Assembly: GCA_964248365.1 (NCBI GenBank)
Contig: CAXTYC010000028.1
Location: forward strand, 8,470-72,469
DNA from: an uncultured Chroococcidiopsis sp.
GTDB taxonomy: Bacteria; Cyanobacteriota; Cyanobacteriia; Cyanobacteriales; Chroococcidiopsidaceae
Direction of reading: 5' to 3'
DNA: 64,000 bases
Numbering within the stretch: position 1 is the stretch's first letter; each line of letters opens with the position of its first letter. A model generated the notes under the pieces. That model did no database searches and was not told the DNA's origin. It saw only the letters and a program-made list of their open reading frames with translations. Below, one piece after another: positions 40,461-51,680 of the stretch. Both the position numbers and the translations under genes were made by a program.

Positions 40461-42041
40461 ATGGATATTTCACTTGCGAAATTTATAGCTTTATTGCCAC
40501 CGTATTTAGTTATTCTTATTTTTGTATTGGTAATTTTACCATCTTTAGCAACTATTTGTTTACGCTTTGCTCTATATAAGCGTCTTGTTTTTTTAGAAAA
40601 GCGTGTCAGAAGACTAATTAATCGGGGAGAGCGAGGTAAGCAGCCAGAAATTATTGAAGAATTGGAAAGAAGGTTCAAGGAAGCTAGCAGCAACTTAGAT
40701 CATGTTAATACAGCAGCATTAATAGAGCAAGTTTATAGCCGCGAGAAGGTTTTGTTTTTTTCTTGTGAACAAATTGATTACTTCTGCCGTAATCTACCTA
40801 ATTTGCTAATAGCTTTTGGTTTGTTAGGAACTTTTATAGGTATTACAGTAAATTTGACTTCCTTGAGTCAATCAATTAGTCAAACTAATAGTAACGATGT
40901 TACCAGTTTAGTGCGCGAACTACAGGAACCTTTAAAAGGTATGGGTATTGCCTTTACTACTAGCTTGACTGGTATATTCTGTAGTGCTTCATTAACAATA
41001 TTTAATTTAATTTTCAATACCAATGTAACTAAGTATAAGCTGATTAGTGCTATTGAAGATTATCTAGATAATATTTATTTACCGAAAGTTCAAGGAAATA
41101 ATCGCTTAGATAAAGCTGTCGATCGCTTAGTATTTGAATTTAAAGATTTTTTGGGCAGATTTGGTACTACTGTACGCGATGCGGTAGAGTCATCGCTAGG
41201 GGCAAAAATTCAACAAATTGTTGATGTCAATAAACAAGCAACTGATCTAGCTCGTCAAGTTTACACTGGATTTCAAGAATCTTCAGGCACAATATCTAGT
41301 TCTGCTAGTGAATTCAAATATGCTATTTCTACTTTTGAGAATGCTGTAGCGGCGATGATTGCCAATACTGAGAAATATCAACAAGTGGCTAACTTATTTG
41401 AAAATAGTCAATTTCCTGAAAAATTATCAAAGGCTACAGACAAATTAGCTGATATACAGAATAGGTTTTCTCAGTCTGCTTTTAGTTTAGCTAACACGGC
41501 TGAATCTATCGAAACGGCAGTAATTGAAACTAGAAGCTCTAGTCAAAATATCACAAAGTTAGCAGAAGAAATCAGCAATATTAATCAAACCTCGATTCAA
41601 GTACTGGAGTTACATCAAAGCAGCCAGCAGTCTCTTGGTGAAATCATTCCACAACTGAAGGAAGGAGCGCAGAGTTTCCAATTAGCTGTTACCAAGCTTG
41701 ATAAGCTAGAAAAACGAATTGCAGATAAACCCGATAGTTGGAGTGATGTACAAGTTGAGTTGGCGCAGTTGGTGGAGACTCTGAAAAATTATACAGAGCA
41801 GGTAAATTTGGGGATTGAGAACGTAGGCGATCGCTTTGTAGAAAGTATTAGCAATCACACAGATAATAATAAACATCATCTTCTAGCTATTGAACAAAAT
41901 CTTGAGCAATGTATTAATTCTTTACTTGATACCAAATATGAAAATCGCTGGATGACACAATTAATAGAAAAACAGGAAGATACAAATAAATCTAGTAAGT
42001 CTGAGTTAAATAATTTATTTAATGGATTAACTAAACAATAA
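40461..42041 (+). CDS. ZorA-like MotA/TolQ/ExbB channel subunit with a long cytoplasmic helical tail
   Basis: TM1 near the N-terminus, LPNLLIAFGLLGTFIGI, GMGIAFTTSLTGI, then more than 300 aa of heptad-like tail. Confidence 0.8.
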   Translation: MDISLAKFIALLPPYLVILIFVLVILPSLATICLRFALYKRLVFLEKRVRRLINRGERGKQPEIIEELERRFKEASSNLDHVNTAALIEQVYSREKVLFFSCEQIDYFCRNLPNLLIAFGLLGTFIGITVNLTSLSQSISQTNSNDVTSLVRELQEPLKGMGIAFTTSLTGIFCSASLTIFNLIFNTNVTKYKLISAIEDYLDNIYLPKVQGNNRLDKAVDRLVFEFKDFLGRFGTTVRDAVESSLGAKIQQIVDVNKQATDLARQVYTGFQESSGTISSSASEFKYAISTFENAVAAMIANTEKYQQVANLFENSQFPEKLSKATDKLADIQNRFSQSAFSLANTAESIETAVIETRSSSQNITKLAEEISNINQTSIQVLELHQSSQQSLGEIIPQLKEGAQSFQLAVTKLDKLEKRIADKPDSWSDVQVELAQLVETLKNYTEQVNLGIENVGDRFVESISNHTDNNKHHLLAIEQNLEQCINSLLDTKYENRWMTQLIEKQEDTNKSSKSELNNLFNGLTKQ

Positions 42042-42099
42042 CTTCTAAAGAGGAACCGGAGTTTTCTAAGCCTCATAAATACTATTTGAGCTTTTTATT

Positions 42100-42894
42100 A
42101 TGCGTCATCGTTCACGATATGTTGAGTCGAATGAAGACTTAAATATTTGGTCTGCTTTTACAGATTTAATGTCTAATGCTTTCATGATAGCAATCTTATT
42201 TTTATTACTAATGATCGTTAAATCTGTAGTTGCACAATCAACATTAGACAAAACTCTTAATAGTCTAGGTAATAGAAAAGATGAAGTGGGAACATTGGCT
42301 AGACAGGTTAAAGTTTTACAAGCGAAAGCAAATAGAACTGATGAATTAGAGCGTCAAGTTGCAGTTTTACAAAAACAGCTATCAGGACAAAGAGAAACAG
42401 GCGCACCACCGATTATTGTGATTGAAGATGAACAAGCCTATCGATTTGCTTCAGGTAGTGCAGAAATTCCGCCGCCAATGAAGACTTATATCAAAAATAA
42501 GATAGTACCTGAAATTGAACGCAATACGCAGCAATATCATATCAATGTGGTAGAGTTAATTGGTCACACTGACGGTCAGGCTAATGGCAGTGCAGCTAGT
42601 AATCTAGACGAGAATTTGGAGAAAGTAGCGATCGCTCAAAATCCTGTTAGTAATCTGCATTCAGGCTCTAACGCAGATTTGGGACTGATGCGAGCGTTGG
42701 CAGTGGTAAGATTACTGCGTGACATCCAGACGAAAACTGGACATCTAAAAGGGCTGAAATTTCGAGCCTATTCTGCTGCACAGCTAATTTTACCAAATGG
42801 AGAGTTTGCCTCTGTTAGTCGTCATCCAGATGCAACCAGGCGACGGATAGAAATTCGTTTTACTCGTTTGGGTGAGGTGACAAGGGTTAGATAG
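42100..42894 (+). CDS. ZorB/MotB-like subunit with an OmpA-type peptidoglycan-binding domain
   Basis: NIWSAFTDLMS (conserved TM Asp), coiled coil, FASGSAEI, IGHTD, SNADLGLMRA, RRIEIRF. Confidence 0.85.
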   Translation: MRHRSRYVESNEDLNIWSAFTDLMSNAFMIAILFLLLMIVKSVVAQSTLDKTLNSLGNRKDEVGTLARQVKVLQAKANRTDELERQVAVLQKQLSGQRETGAPPIIVIEDEQAYRFASGSAEIPPPMKTYIKNKIVPEIERNTQQYHINVVELIGHTDGQANGSAASNLDENLEKVAIAQNPVSNLHSGSNADLGLMRALAVVRLLRDIQTKTGHLKGLKFRAYSAAQLILPNGEFASVSRHPDATRRRIEIRFTRLGEVTRVR

Positions 42895-43155
42895 CAAGCG
42901 CGATCGCACAATCCGCAATAAACGTATACACACAAATGTTTTGTCGGGGCGGGTTTAGTCAAGCTACTTGGATAATTATGCCTTCAGTCGCTTAGGATGA
43001 ATTTAAAAGTATAAAGGTGCTGTATTGAACCTCGCAGCAATTGTACAGGAGGTCTCATGGTGGCGCTCATGCTAAATGTTAAAGGGGCAAAGAAAATTCA
43101 ATCCCTTTTCCCCTTTCCCTTTCCCCTTTTCCCTACGAGGCAAGAAGTCTATTGT

Positions 43156-43833
43156 ATGGCAGCCAGTCGCATAACTAATATTCCTCCACTCGAAAGTGGC
43201 GATCGCTTGACTTGCTCTGAATTTGAGCGTCGTTATCAAGCAATGCCACAGATTAAAAAAGCTGAATTAATTGAAGGAGTCGTGTACGTAGCTTCACCTG
43301 TACGTGCTAGCCGTCATGGTAGACCCCATGCTCAAATCGTCGGTTGGTTATTAGTCTACAGTGCCGCGACACCCCTAGTTGATGTCGCCGATAACGCCAC
43401 AGTACGCCTGGATGCAAATAATGAGCCTCAACCCGATGCTTTATTACGACTAGAGCCCCAAGCGGGAGGCTCCTCTCGCATTAGTGATGATGACTATATT
43501 GAGGGTGTACCAGAATTAATTGCAGAAATCGCTGCTAGTAGTGCCTCCTATGACCTGAATGACAAACTTAATGCTTATCGTCGTAATGGGGTTCGGGAAT
43601 ATATCGTCTGGCAAATTTACGAGAACCGCCTTGACTGGTTTTATCTAGATAATGGTCGATATGTTTCGCTGCAACCGGATGCTATAGGCGTAATCCGCAG
43701 TCAGATTTTCCCAGGATTATGGCTGGCGGTAAACGCCCTGCGTGAGGGAGATTTAGCCCAGGTGTTAGCAACCCTACAGCAGGGACTACAATCAGCAGAA
43801 CATCAAAGTTTTGTGCAGCAATTGCGTCTTTAA
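43156..43833 (+). CDS. Uma2 (DUF820) family endonuclease-fold protein
   Basis: LESGDRL, AELIEG, EPQPDA, PELIAEI, YRRNGVREYIVW; ATG at 43156. Confidence 0.92.
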   Translation: MAASRITNIPPLESGDRLTCSEFERRYQAMPQIKKAELIEGVVYVASPVRASRHGRPHAQIVGWLLVYSAATPLVDVADNATVRLDANNEPQPDALLRLEPQAGGSSRISDDDYIEGVPELIAEIAASSASYDLNDKLNAYRRNGVREYIVWQIYENRLDWFYLDNGRYVSLQPDAIGVIRSQIFPGLWLAVNALREGDLAQVLATLQQGLQSAEHQSFVQQLRL

Positions 43834-43947
43834 CAGTTACCAGTTATCAGTTATTAGTTACCAGTTATCAGTTATCAATTTAAGGTCACTGTTTACTGTT
43901 CACTGTTTACTGTTTACTGTTCACTGTTCACTGGTAACTGGTCACTG
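43834..43947. repeat. Heptamer tandem repeats (STRR-like), partly in inverted orientation
   Basis: (CAGTTAY)n followed by (ACTGTTY)n between convergent genes. Confidence 0.85.
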
Positions 43948-45558
43948 TCAACTTAACTGCGCTACGACTTGATCTTGTAGCAAGGCTTGGTTTGTTAGCA
44001 AGTCTTCTACTGTCATGCGTAAAAAGCGCTGTTTGTCAACTTGAAACAATACTCTAATGCGATCGCTCCCTGGATAACCAGGCGGTGTCAAAGAGGCGAT
44101 CGTTCTTGCACCTTCACGATCATTGAGTGGCTGCACTTGTTTTTTCCCGCTATCTAGACGCTTGGTGATTAGGCGATCGCCATCAAAATACACTTCTGTA
44201 CCACCAGTTTCCGCCCCCAATTCGCCGATGATTAATTCAATACTGGGCTGCTGATCCACCGATGCGCCTAAAACTAATTCTACAGGCGTATCCATTGGGT
44301 AAGGCTGTCCTTCTTTAATCAAAGGATGCCAGTTATGACAATTATTTCGCCTATCCCAGTAGCGGATACCGTAACTGTGGTAGAGAAAATCTTTCAGTTC
44401 CACACCTTGAGATATTTGCAACGCACCAAGGGCGATCGCTTCAAACGGACGTTCGCAACGAATTTTTTCAGGCTCAAAATACTGCTGTACCCATGTCTGC
44501 ACAGCTGGCATTTGTGCTGTACCACCAACCAACAACACAGCCTTAATATCTGTATTTTCTAATCCTTGTCGCCGTGCTTGTTGCAATAGCTGATTCATCG
44601 ACTGATCTAGCTGCTCAAAAAACGAGTGTTCGGCGAGAATTTTTTCTAACTGATCGCGGTCTAATTCCAGTTCGTAGCTTTCAAATGTCTCATCATTAAA
44701 GTAAACTTCATTTGCCCCAGTTTGGGAAGATAACTGAATCTTTAACCGTTCTGCTAGTCGAGTAGTCAAAGGAGTTGCCGCCAATCCTTGTCTAGTGGCA
44801 AAATAATCAACAATCCAGTTATCAATATCAGAACCACCTAAATTCTGCCCTGCTTTTGCTAATACACGGGCTGTTTTTACCTTCTGTCCTGATTTTTCCG
44901 CCAGGGATTTTTTACCCCATTTAAGTAGAAACCCAGGCTGCTTCTTAGTCGCACCACCATCGAGCCGCACTAGAGAAAGATCGAGTGTACCGCCGCCGAA
45001 ATCAATTACTAGCAAAATGTCCTGTTCTACCATCCCATATCCCAAAGCAGCAGCTGTCGGCTCATCCAAAAGCCGCACCTGTTCTACTGGTAGCGATTGG
45101 CACACTTGCCCAAGCCAGAGACGGTAAGCCTCAAAGCTGTCTACTGGTACAGTCAAGATCAAAGATTCAGTAGGCGAGGTTGCAAGTTTGTCAATGATTT
45201 GGCTGAGGAACCATTGCCCGACTTGTTCAAACGAGACAATTTGCCCGTCTAGCTCTGGCAAGAAGCCTTGAATATCTGCACCAATTCCTCTTTTGAAGCT
45301 GCGAAAAAATCGCGGATCTGTGGTTAAATCAAGCCCGCGATCGCGTACAGCCTGTCCTACTACTACCTTATTTTGTGCCGCATCTTCTACATATACCAAA
45401 CTAGGGATCAGGGGAGGATTCTGCCCCAATTGCTCAGATAAACCAGGTAAACTTAGGGTTTCTGGTTGCTGGGTAACAGGGTTCCAACGGGCTATACAAG
45501 TGTTGCTAGTACCGAAGTCAATTGCGTAGGATGAAGTCCTTGTCGTAGACATCGCCAT
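43948..45558 (-). CDS. Hsp70-family (DnaK-like) protein
   Basis: AIDFGTSNT, DEPTAAALGY, IDFGGGTLD, LGGSDID, LLVGG. Confidence 0.92.
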   Translation of the reverse strand: MAMSTTRTSSYAIDFGTSNTCIARWNPVTQQPETLSLPGLSEQLGQNPPLIPSLVYVEDAAQNKVVVGQAVRDRGLDLTTDPRFFRSFKRGIGADIQGFLPELDGQIVSFEQVGQWFLSQIIDKLATSPTESLILTVPVDSFEAYRLWLGQVCQSLPVEQVRLLDEPTAAALGYGMVEQDILLVIDFGGGTLDLSLVRLDGGATKKQPGFLLKWGKKSLAEKSGQKVKTARVLAKAGQNLGGSDIDNWIVDYFATRQGLAATPLTTRLAERLKIQLSSQTGANEVYFNDETFESYELELDRDQLEKILAEHSFFEQLDQSMNQLLQQARRQGLENTDIKAVLLVGGTAQMPAVQTWVQQYFEPEKIRCERPFEAIALGALQISQGVELKDFLYHSYGIRYWDRRNNCHNWHPLIKEGQPYPMDTPVELVLGASVDQQPSIELIIGELGAETGGTEVYFDGDRLITKRLDSGKKQVQPLNDREGARTIASLTPPGYPGSDRIRVLFQVDKQRFLRMTVEDLLTNQALLQDQVVAQLS

Positions 45559-45804
45559 GAATAGTAAAGTCAACAGTCTTTGTAACTTAATGTTATCTTT
45601 ACCAGCGGTCTATACTATTTTAGATTTTGGAGCCATAGATTTTGGATTGGAAAATCCAACTATAGCAATCCTATTTAACGAACCGCAAAGGCGCAAAGAA
45701 CGCGAAGTGAAGAAGTAGAGGGAGGTTTACAAATCCTGCACGGAATGCTATATCAGGAGTTTTAGCAACATTTGTAGCAGTCAGAAAACCTTATGGTATA
45801 ATAT

Positions 45805-46794
45805 CTAGCTTACCAACCACCCAGCTTGTAAACGGGCGATCGCTTCTTCCTTTGCTTTTGCCTCAATTTCAATCCAGGGTGCTTCCCGATAAACACTTGG
45901 CATTACAGTAATGTATTCGCTGTGCTGTCTGTCATTGAAAGCTGATTCACCGTTAGAAATATGGACTAACTGCCATTCGGGGTTTTCCCAAGTTTCTCTT
46001 GCTGCATAAAACATTTCGGCTACCGATGGATCTTCATAGCTATCAAGTCCTTCATGACAGATATGATGATGAGCATCAAACACCATTGGTACACCAGTAC
46101 GCTGACAGACTTCTAAAATCTCCAGGGAACTATAAGCATATTCATCATTTTCAAAAGTCAAGCGGTTGCGGATCTCCATTGGTAGTTCATTAACTACTTT
46201 GACAAGTTGATCTATCCTTTGAGATTTACCACCATGTATATTCATTAAAGACCAAGGCGATCGCGGTAAACCTAACAAATCGAATGTTCGAGCGTGTCGT
46301 GCCAAAATATTGATACTATTTTGTACAACAGTAGGCGAATCAGAACTCAACACCACATATTGATCTGGATGTAGCACCATCCTAATCCCCAATTGATGCG
46401 ATCGCTTACCAATATTACCCAGATCAGCACTCATTTCCTCTAAAATTCGCGCTCCGATTCCGTCTTCCATATCACTCAACGGAAACAATGCTGAGGAAAT
46501 GCGATAAAGCCCAATTTGACGCTGCTGACAAAATGTTATCGCCGCATCCAACCGATTTAAATTACTAACATAAAGTTCCTTCAAAGCGGTTTCCCGTTCT
46601 GCTAAACTTAATTTAAGGTAGCGCGTCCGAGTCATAGCACGGAAACGTATTTCCTTAGAGAAAGTAATACAAACCAAACCCAACTGAGGGCGAACGCTAT
46701 CTTTTGCTACAGACGTTCCTCGTACTTCCTCTATAGCAACATTGCTCTTAGCTAATAACTCCATATTACTTAAATTATTAGTATTCATAAACAC
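45805..46794 (-). CDS. uvsE: UV DNA damage endonuclease
   Basis: LGLVC, YRISS, HPDQY, NIHGG, FENDE, FDAHH, IEAKAKE. Confidence 0.93.
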   Translation of the reverse strand: MFMNTNNLSNMELLAKSNVAIEEVRGTSVAKDSVRPQLGLVCITFSKEIRFRAMTRTRYLKLSLAERETALKELYVSNLNRLDAAITFCQQRQIGLYRISSALFPLSDMEDGIGARILEEMSADLGNIGKRSHQLGIRMVLHPDQYVVLSSDSPTVVQNSINILARHARTFDLLGLPRSPWSLMNIHGGKSQRIDQLVKVVNELPMEIRNRLTFENDEYAYSSLEILEVCQRTGVPMVFDAHHHICHEGLDSYEDPSVAEMFYAARETWENPEWQLVHISNGESAFNDRQHSEYITVMPSVYREAPWIEIEAKAKEEAIARLQAGWLVS

Positions 46795-47284
46795 TTAGTC
46801 TTGTGCATCAACAACACACCCTACTTCTAGGGTTGCCGCATCATATATAAAATTTAATCTTCAAAAGAGCGATCGCACATCTACACGTAGTCATAGCATT
46901 TCAACTTAGGGCGATCTTTACTACCTTAAATTCTTCTTTTTTCTTCTCTTAGCGCCTTTGCGCCTTTGCGCGACATAAATCAAAACTCTCCTACCCTTCC
47001 TTAGATAGATGTATAAAAATGCCACCTATCTAATGACAGATATTAAAAACCACTCAAAATCAGCTTTTAGAGAGGCATCTGGAACTAATACCAGCCTACC
47101 TTAGAGCTAATTTAAATAGAGTAAAATTTGTCAAGTATCTGAAATACTTCTTTAGAATAATGGCAGGAAAAAAAACATTTCTTAACCTGTAAATGCATTG
47201 GGAGAGTAAGGCGTAAAAAACCGAACACCTGAAACCCTCATGACTACTTAATTACCAAATCGTCACCTCTAAGGGACTAGAAGC

Positions 47285-47503
47285 ATGGAAAACCGCCAAA
47301 CATCAGAATCTTCGATATTTTTGGGTTCCCTTAAGAACGGAATTTGGTTAGTGGGAATTTCATCTTGGCTATTTGGTATCACCGATAGAAGCATTGCTTC
47401 TTTATCAGATGGCTACTTATCAGCATTAGATATAGCTCAGTTATTTACAGCTGCTTTCTTCTTTGTAAGCTGGCTGTTCTTAAAACCCACATCCAAGGTG
47501 TGA
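47285..47503 (+). CDS. Small two-TM hypothetical protein
   Basis: 72 aa, ATG with an upstream purine tract, two hydrophobic segments. Confidence 0.65.
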   Translation: MENRQTSESSIFLGSLKNGIWLVGISSWLFGITDRSIASLSDGYLSALDIAQLFTAAFFFVSWLFLKPTSKV

Positions 47504-47609
47504 ACGTATTACTGGGAAAAGATTATCCTATGCCGCAAACATCGTTTTTCCTGGGGGGGTTAAGGTAAACTTAAAGGCAAAATTAGATTGGCTTAACTCC
47601 TAGCAAGCC

Positions 47610-48830
47610 ATGCATAAACGGCAAAGTGACTTTTATCCACCTCGACTAAATCTGAAGCTGGTAAATCTAGCACAGCGAATTGCTCCTCTAGCTGCTCACT
47701 GGTACTATCGCTTTGACTTGGTGGTTAGTCAGGAGGATTTAGACTGCTTGCGATCGCTCCAACACAAGCGTTTGCTACTGTTACCCAATCATCCCACATT
47801 TGACGACCCGATTGTAATTTTTCTATTGTCCGCTCGTCTAGGTATACCGTTTTACTACCTGTCAGCGCGAGAAACATTACTGGGGAAGCAAGGATATTGG
47901 TTGCAACGGTTAGGTGTATATTCGATTCGGCGGGGAATGGTTGACCGAGCGAGTTTTGCCCAAACTCTGGAAATATTAACTCAGAACAGTTGTAAATTAG
48001 TGATTTTTGCCGAGGGGGGCGTATCGTTCCAGAATGATACGGTGATGCCATTTCGAGTAGGCGCAATTCAAATGGCTTTTCAGGCGATGAATAAAGTACT
48101 CAAACAGGAAAAATCTGTGCCAGATCTCTACGCCGTACCGATCGCTATCAAGTATCACTATACCGGAGATATGACAGCGGCGATCGCGCACAGCCTCAAG
48201 AAACTGGAACAAGCTCTACAGATTCAGCCGCAAGGGAACTTTTACCAACGACTGAGAACTGTTGCTGGAGAGGTTCTGCTTAGATGTGAACAAGAATATG
48301 GTTTACACAAACCGGAGGTAACAGACTGGAATCAAAGAGTATTCAATCTCAAGGAACACGTTTTGCAACAGTGTGAGCAAAGATTGGGGCTAACTTCGTC
48401 ACCTGGAGAACGAGGGCGCGAACGCACTTACCGAATTCAACAAGCACTTGAAGAGGCTACAGACCAGGCAAGCCATTCTAATACTACATTAGATCAAATT
48501 TGGACATGGGAAGTGATGGCTAAGGCTGCTTGGCGGGTACTAAATTTTGATGCAATTTATGATGGTTATGTCGCAGCTTCGATTACGCCCGAACGTTTCC
48601 TAGATACCCTCATCCGCCTAGAACGAGATGTGTTTAATATCGATAAACCTCGGCCATTAGGTCATCGTCAGGCACTGGTACACGTTGCCGAACCGATAAA
48701 TCTCAAAGATTGGTTTGCTGATTATCAGCAAAATCGGACGCTTACAGTTAACACTGTAATGCAAAAAATTCACCAGACGGTACAACAAAAGTTGGATTCG
48801 TTAGCTGGGCAAAATTACTTCTCCAATTAA
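47610..48830 (+). CDS. Phospholipid/glycerol acyltransferase (PlsC family)
   Basis: PNHPTFDD (HX4D), SIRRG, IFAEGG, VPIAIKY. Confidence 0.9.
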   Translation: MHKRQSDFYPPRLNLKLVNLAQRIAPLAAHWYYRFDLVVSQEDLDCLRSLQHKRLLLLPNHPTFDDPIVIFLLSARLGIPFYYLSARETLLGKQGYWLQRLGVYSIRRGMVDRASFAQTLEILTQNSCKLVIFAEGGVSFQNDTVMPFRVGAIQMAFQAMNKVLKQEKSVPDLYAVPIAIKYHYTGDMTAAIAHSLKKLEQALQIQPQGNFYQRLRTVAGEVLLRCEQEYGLHKPEVTDWNQRVFNLKEHVLQQCEQRLGLTSSPGERGRERTYRIQQALEEATDQASHSNTTLDQIWTWEVMAKAAWRVLNFDAIYDGYVAASITPERFLDTLIRLERDVFNIDKPRPLGHRQALVHVAEPINLKDWFADYQQNRTLTVNTVMQKIHQTVQQKLDSLAGQNYFSN

Positions 48831-48939
48831 AAATTACCTGTTGAGGTGGGCATGGGTGGCATACAAAATTACTTCCTTTTCAATTAAAGATTATCTGTTG
48901 CGGTGGGCAATGCCCACCCTACGTTATTGGTAACACCAC

Positions 48940-50361
48940 TTATGTGGAGACTAACTCTGGCTGTGGTTGCGCCTCTTGCACATTATCAGTGATGCCAAAA
49001 ATCGAGTTGTACATTTTTATGTACTCTTTGGCGGATTGCTCCCAGCTAAAGTCTTGCTGCATACCGCGCACTTCAAGTGCTTTCCAGTCTTGTTTATAGC
49101 GGAAGCCTTCCCAGGCGCGAACCATGCAAGTATATAAGTCTAGTGGTTCATAGCGATCGAAGCAGTAACCTGTACCTGTATGATTTGTTGGATCGTGGTG
49201 GAAAACGGTATCAACTAAACCGCCAGTACGTCTGACAATAGGTACACTACCGTAGCGCAGTGCCATCATTTGGCTAATTCCGCAAGGTTCAAAGCGGCTA
49301 GGCATGAGGAAGGCATCGCTACCAGCATAAATCCGACGAGAAAGCGCGTCACTGTAGAGTAAGTAAGTTGACATCCGCCCAGGGAAACGAGATGCCATTT
49401 GCCACATTTGGGTTTCGTAATAGCGATCGCCTGTTCCCAATAATATAAACTGAGCATCGGTGTAAGATAGGAAGCGATCCATTGTTTGCAACACCAGATC
49501 AATTCCTTTTTGTTCCACCAGCCGTGTCACCATACCAATCAAAAAGGCTTTGGCATTGACTTCTAACCCCAGTTCTTCTTGCAGAGCTACTTTATTAGCT
49601 TTGCGTTGATCTATGGTATCAGCAGTGAAGGTTTGAGCAATGTATTTATCATCAGCTGGGTTGTAAACTTCGGTATCAACACCATTAACAATCCCCCATA
49701 ATTTACCACTGATGAAAGACATCAACCCTTCTAGAGTCTCGCCATACTCGGCTGTCTGAATTTGTTTGGCGTAGGTTGGGGAAACAGTGTTAACGCGATC
49801 GGCATACTGCACAGCCGCTGCCATTGTATTATGTCCTTGCATATACCAAGGACACCAGGTAATCTTTTCTAGATACCACCGCCAAGGTCCTTGATAGGCA
49901 AGGTTATGAATTGTAAACACACTGCTGATATCTGGATCTTGGTGCATCCAAACTGGTATCATACCTGTATGCCAGTCGTGGCAGTGAACTATTTGCGGTT
50001 TCCAGTAGTTCCAGCAAAATTCAGCCGCACCATTGGCAAACAAAGTGAACCGCCAGTCTTCATCTTCCCCAGAATAAATTCGGCGGGGTGAAAAAGCTGG
50101 ATGTCCGAATAAATACAAGGGGACATCTGTACCAGGTAGAACACTCTCGTAAACCGAGAAATTTTGGAACATAGCAGATCCCGACCAGATGGGATCTGTA
50201 GGAATCTCCATTTTGTCTGGCAGGAAGCCGTAGTATGGTATGAAGATTCGCACATCATGTCCCATTGCTCGTAGTATTTTAGGCAAAGCACCCACTACAT
50301 CTCCCATTCCGCCTACTTTGGCGATCGGCGCTGCTTCTGCGGCTACAAACAGAATTCGCAT
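48940..50361 (-). CDS. glgA: Glycogen synthase
   Basis: [39 protein letters not shown]. Confidence 0.98.
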   Translation of the reverse strand: MRILFVAAEAAPIAKVGGMGDVVGALPKILRAMGHDVRIFIPYYGFLPDKMEIPTDPIWSGSAMFQNFSVYESVLPGTDVPLYLFGHPAFSPRRIYSGEDEDWRFTLFANGAAEFCWNYWKPQIVHCHDWHTGMIPVWMHQDPDISSVFTIHNLAYQGPWRWYLEKITWCPWYMQGHNTMAAAVQYADRVNTVSPTYAKQIQTAEYGETLEGLMSFISGKLWGIVNGVDTEVYNPADDKYIAQTFTADTIDQRKANKVALQEELGLEVNAKAFLIGMVTRLVEQKGIDLVLQTMDRFLSYTDAQFILLGTGDRYYETQMWQMASRFPGRMSTYLLYSDALSRRIYAGSDAFLMPSRFEPCGISQMMALRYGSVPIVRRTGGLVDTVFHHDPTNHTGTGYCFDRYEPLDLYTCMVRAWEGFRYKQDWKALEVRGMQQDFSWEQSAKEYIKMYNSIFGITDNVQEAQPQPELVST

Positions 50362-50548
50362 CTATGTCCCCTGAATTATGTATTCTACTCTAAGCGAGTC
50401 TAGTACATTGTATAGGGGCGCAGGCGCAGGGGCTAGAGGCGAGAGGAACTAGGGGCGCTGGGGCTAGGGAAAGCTGGGGACAAGGGGACAAGGGGAAACT
50501 ACATAAATTCTCCCCCCCTCTCCAAGTCTTCCCACTCCCCCCCTTCTC

Positions 50549-51529
50549 TTAAGCGCCTCTTTGAATTTGGGCAAAGATTTGCTCTAAAATCTCTGTAGCT
50601 CCTTGTTTACGTAATTTTTGAGCTAGTTCGATTCCTAGCTGTTCGGCATCGCTGGCGCTACCTGAGACAGTACCTTTAACTAGTTTTTGACCGTCTACAC
50701 TGACGACAATACCAGTTAAAGTTAGATTACCTTCGTTTAATTGGGTGTTAACACCAATTGGCACTTGACAGCCGCCTTCGAGTTCGCGCAAAAAGGCGCG
50801 TTCAGCTAATGCGCGATCACGTGTTGGTATATGTTCAATTACCTTGAGTAGGGACAACACTTCTGTATCATCAGCCCTACATTCTATCCCCAACGCTCCT
50901 TGTCCGACTGCGTGTAAGGATACTTCATCTGGTAGGATTTGATGAATGCGATCGCTCATACCAAGTCGATGCAATCCAGCCACTGCCAAAATAATTGCGT
51001 CATACTCGCCAGCATCAAGTTTTTGCAGTCGTGTATTTAAATTTCCTCGAATATCTTTAAAAGCTAGGTGCGGGAAGTGATGGCGTAATTGAGCTAACCG
51101 TCGTAGAGAGGATGTACCCACTACTGATCCTGATGGTAAAGTGTCAATTTGCTTATCTTTATGCTTTTGATGCACAACCATTGCATCAGCCGGATTTTCC
51201 CGTTCGGTGACGCAACCCAAAATTAAACCCTCTGGTAAACGTGTCGGTAAGTCTTTGAGGGAATGTACTGCAAAGTCAATTTCCTGGCTTTGCATTCCGA
51301 CTTCGAGTTCTTTGGTAAACAAACCCTTGTCACCAATCTTGGCTAGGGCGACATCGAGAATTTTATCACCTTGGGTAGACATGGTGTGGACTTCAAACGT
51401 GCGATCGGGAAAGGCTTTTTGAAGTTGTTCTTTTACCCAATGTGTTTGAACTAAAGCAAGTTGACTTTTGCGGGAACCGATGCGGATAGTACGAGGAGGA
51501 CTGGAAATTAGTGCAGCGTTCGGGGACAT
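50549..51529 (-). CDS. hemC: Hydroxymethylbilane synthase
   Basis: [37 protein letters not shown]. Confidence 0.98.
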   Translation of the reverse strand: MSPNAALISSPPRTIRIGSRKSQLALVQTHWVKEQLQKAFPDRTFEVHTMSTQGDKILDVALAKIGDKGLFTKELEVGMQSQEIDFAVHSLKDLPTRLPEGLILGCVTERENPADAMVVHQKHKDKQIDTLPSGSVVGTSSLRRLAQLRHHFPHLAFKDIRGNLNTRLQKLDAGEYDAIILAVAGLHRLGMSDRIHQILPDEVSLHAVGQGALGIECRADDTEVLSLLKVIEHIPTRDRALAERAFLRELEGGCQVPIGVNTQLNEGNLTLTGIVVSVDGQKLVKGTVSGSASDAEQLGIELAQKLRKQGATEILEQIFAQIQRGA

Positions 51530-51680
51530 ATAACAGTAGGATTAAAAGCGAAAATTAAATCACTTGATCTAGACTACCTCAGTGATTGTACAAAAAGGGA
51601 CTAGAGGCTGGGGGCTAGGGGCAAGAATTGAGCAGGGATCGCTGTGGGGACCAGGGATCGCTGTGGGGGGAAAGGGAAAT

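Noticed and set aside
40461..42894. Flagellar stator motAB, or a chemoreceptor
   Set aside because: There are no flagellar or chemotaxis genes here and cyanobacteria lack flagella. The 3-TM plus long-tail layout fits ZorA-like proteins, and I see no MCP signalling hairpin motif.
43156..45558. Uma2 nuclease and Hsp70 as effectors of the tubulin/ZorAB-like operon
   Set aside because: Uma2 is about 260 bp away across repeat sequence and belongs to a family that is highly expanded in cyanobacteria; Hsp70 is convergent. Nothing in the sequence links them, though synteny could revisit this.
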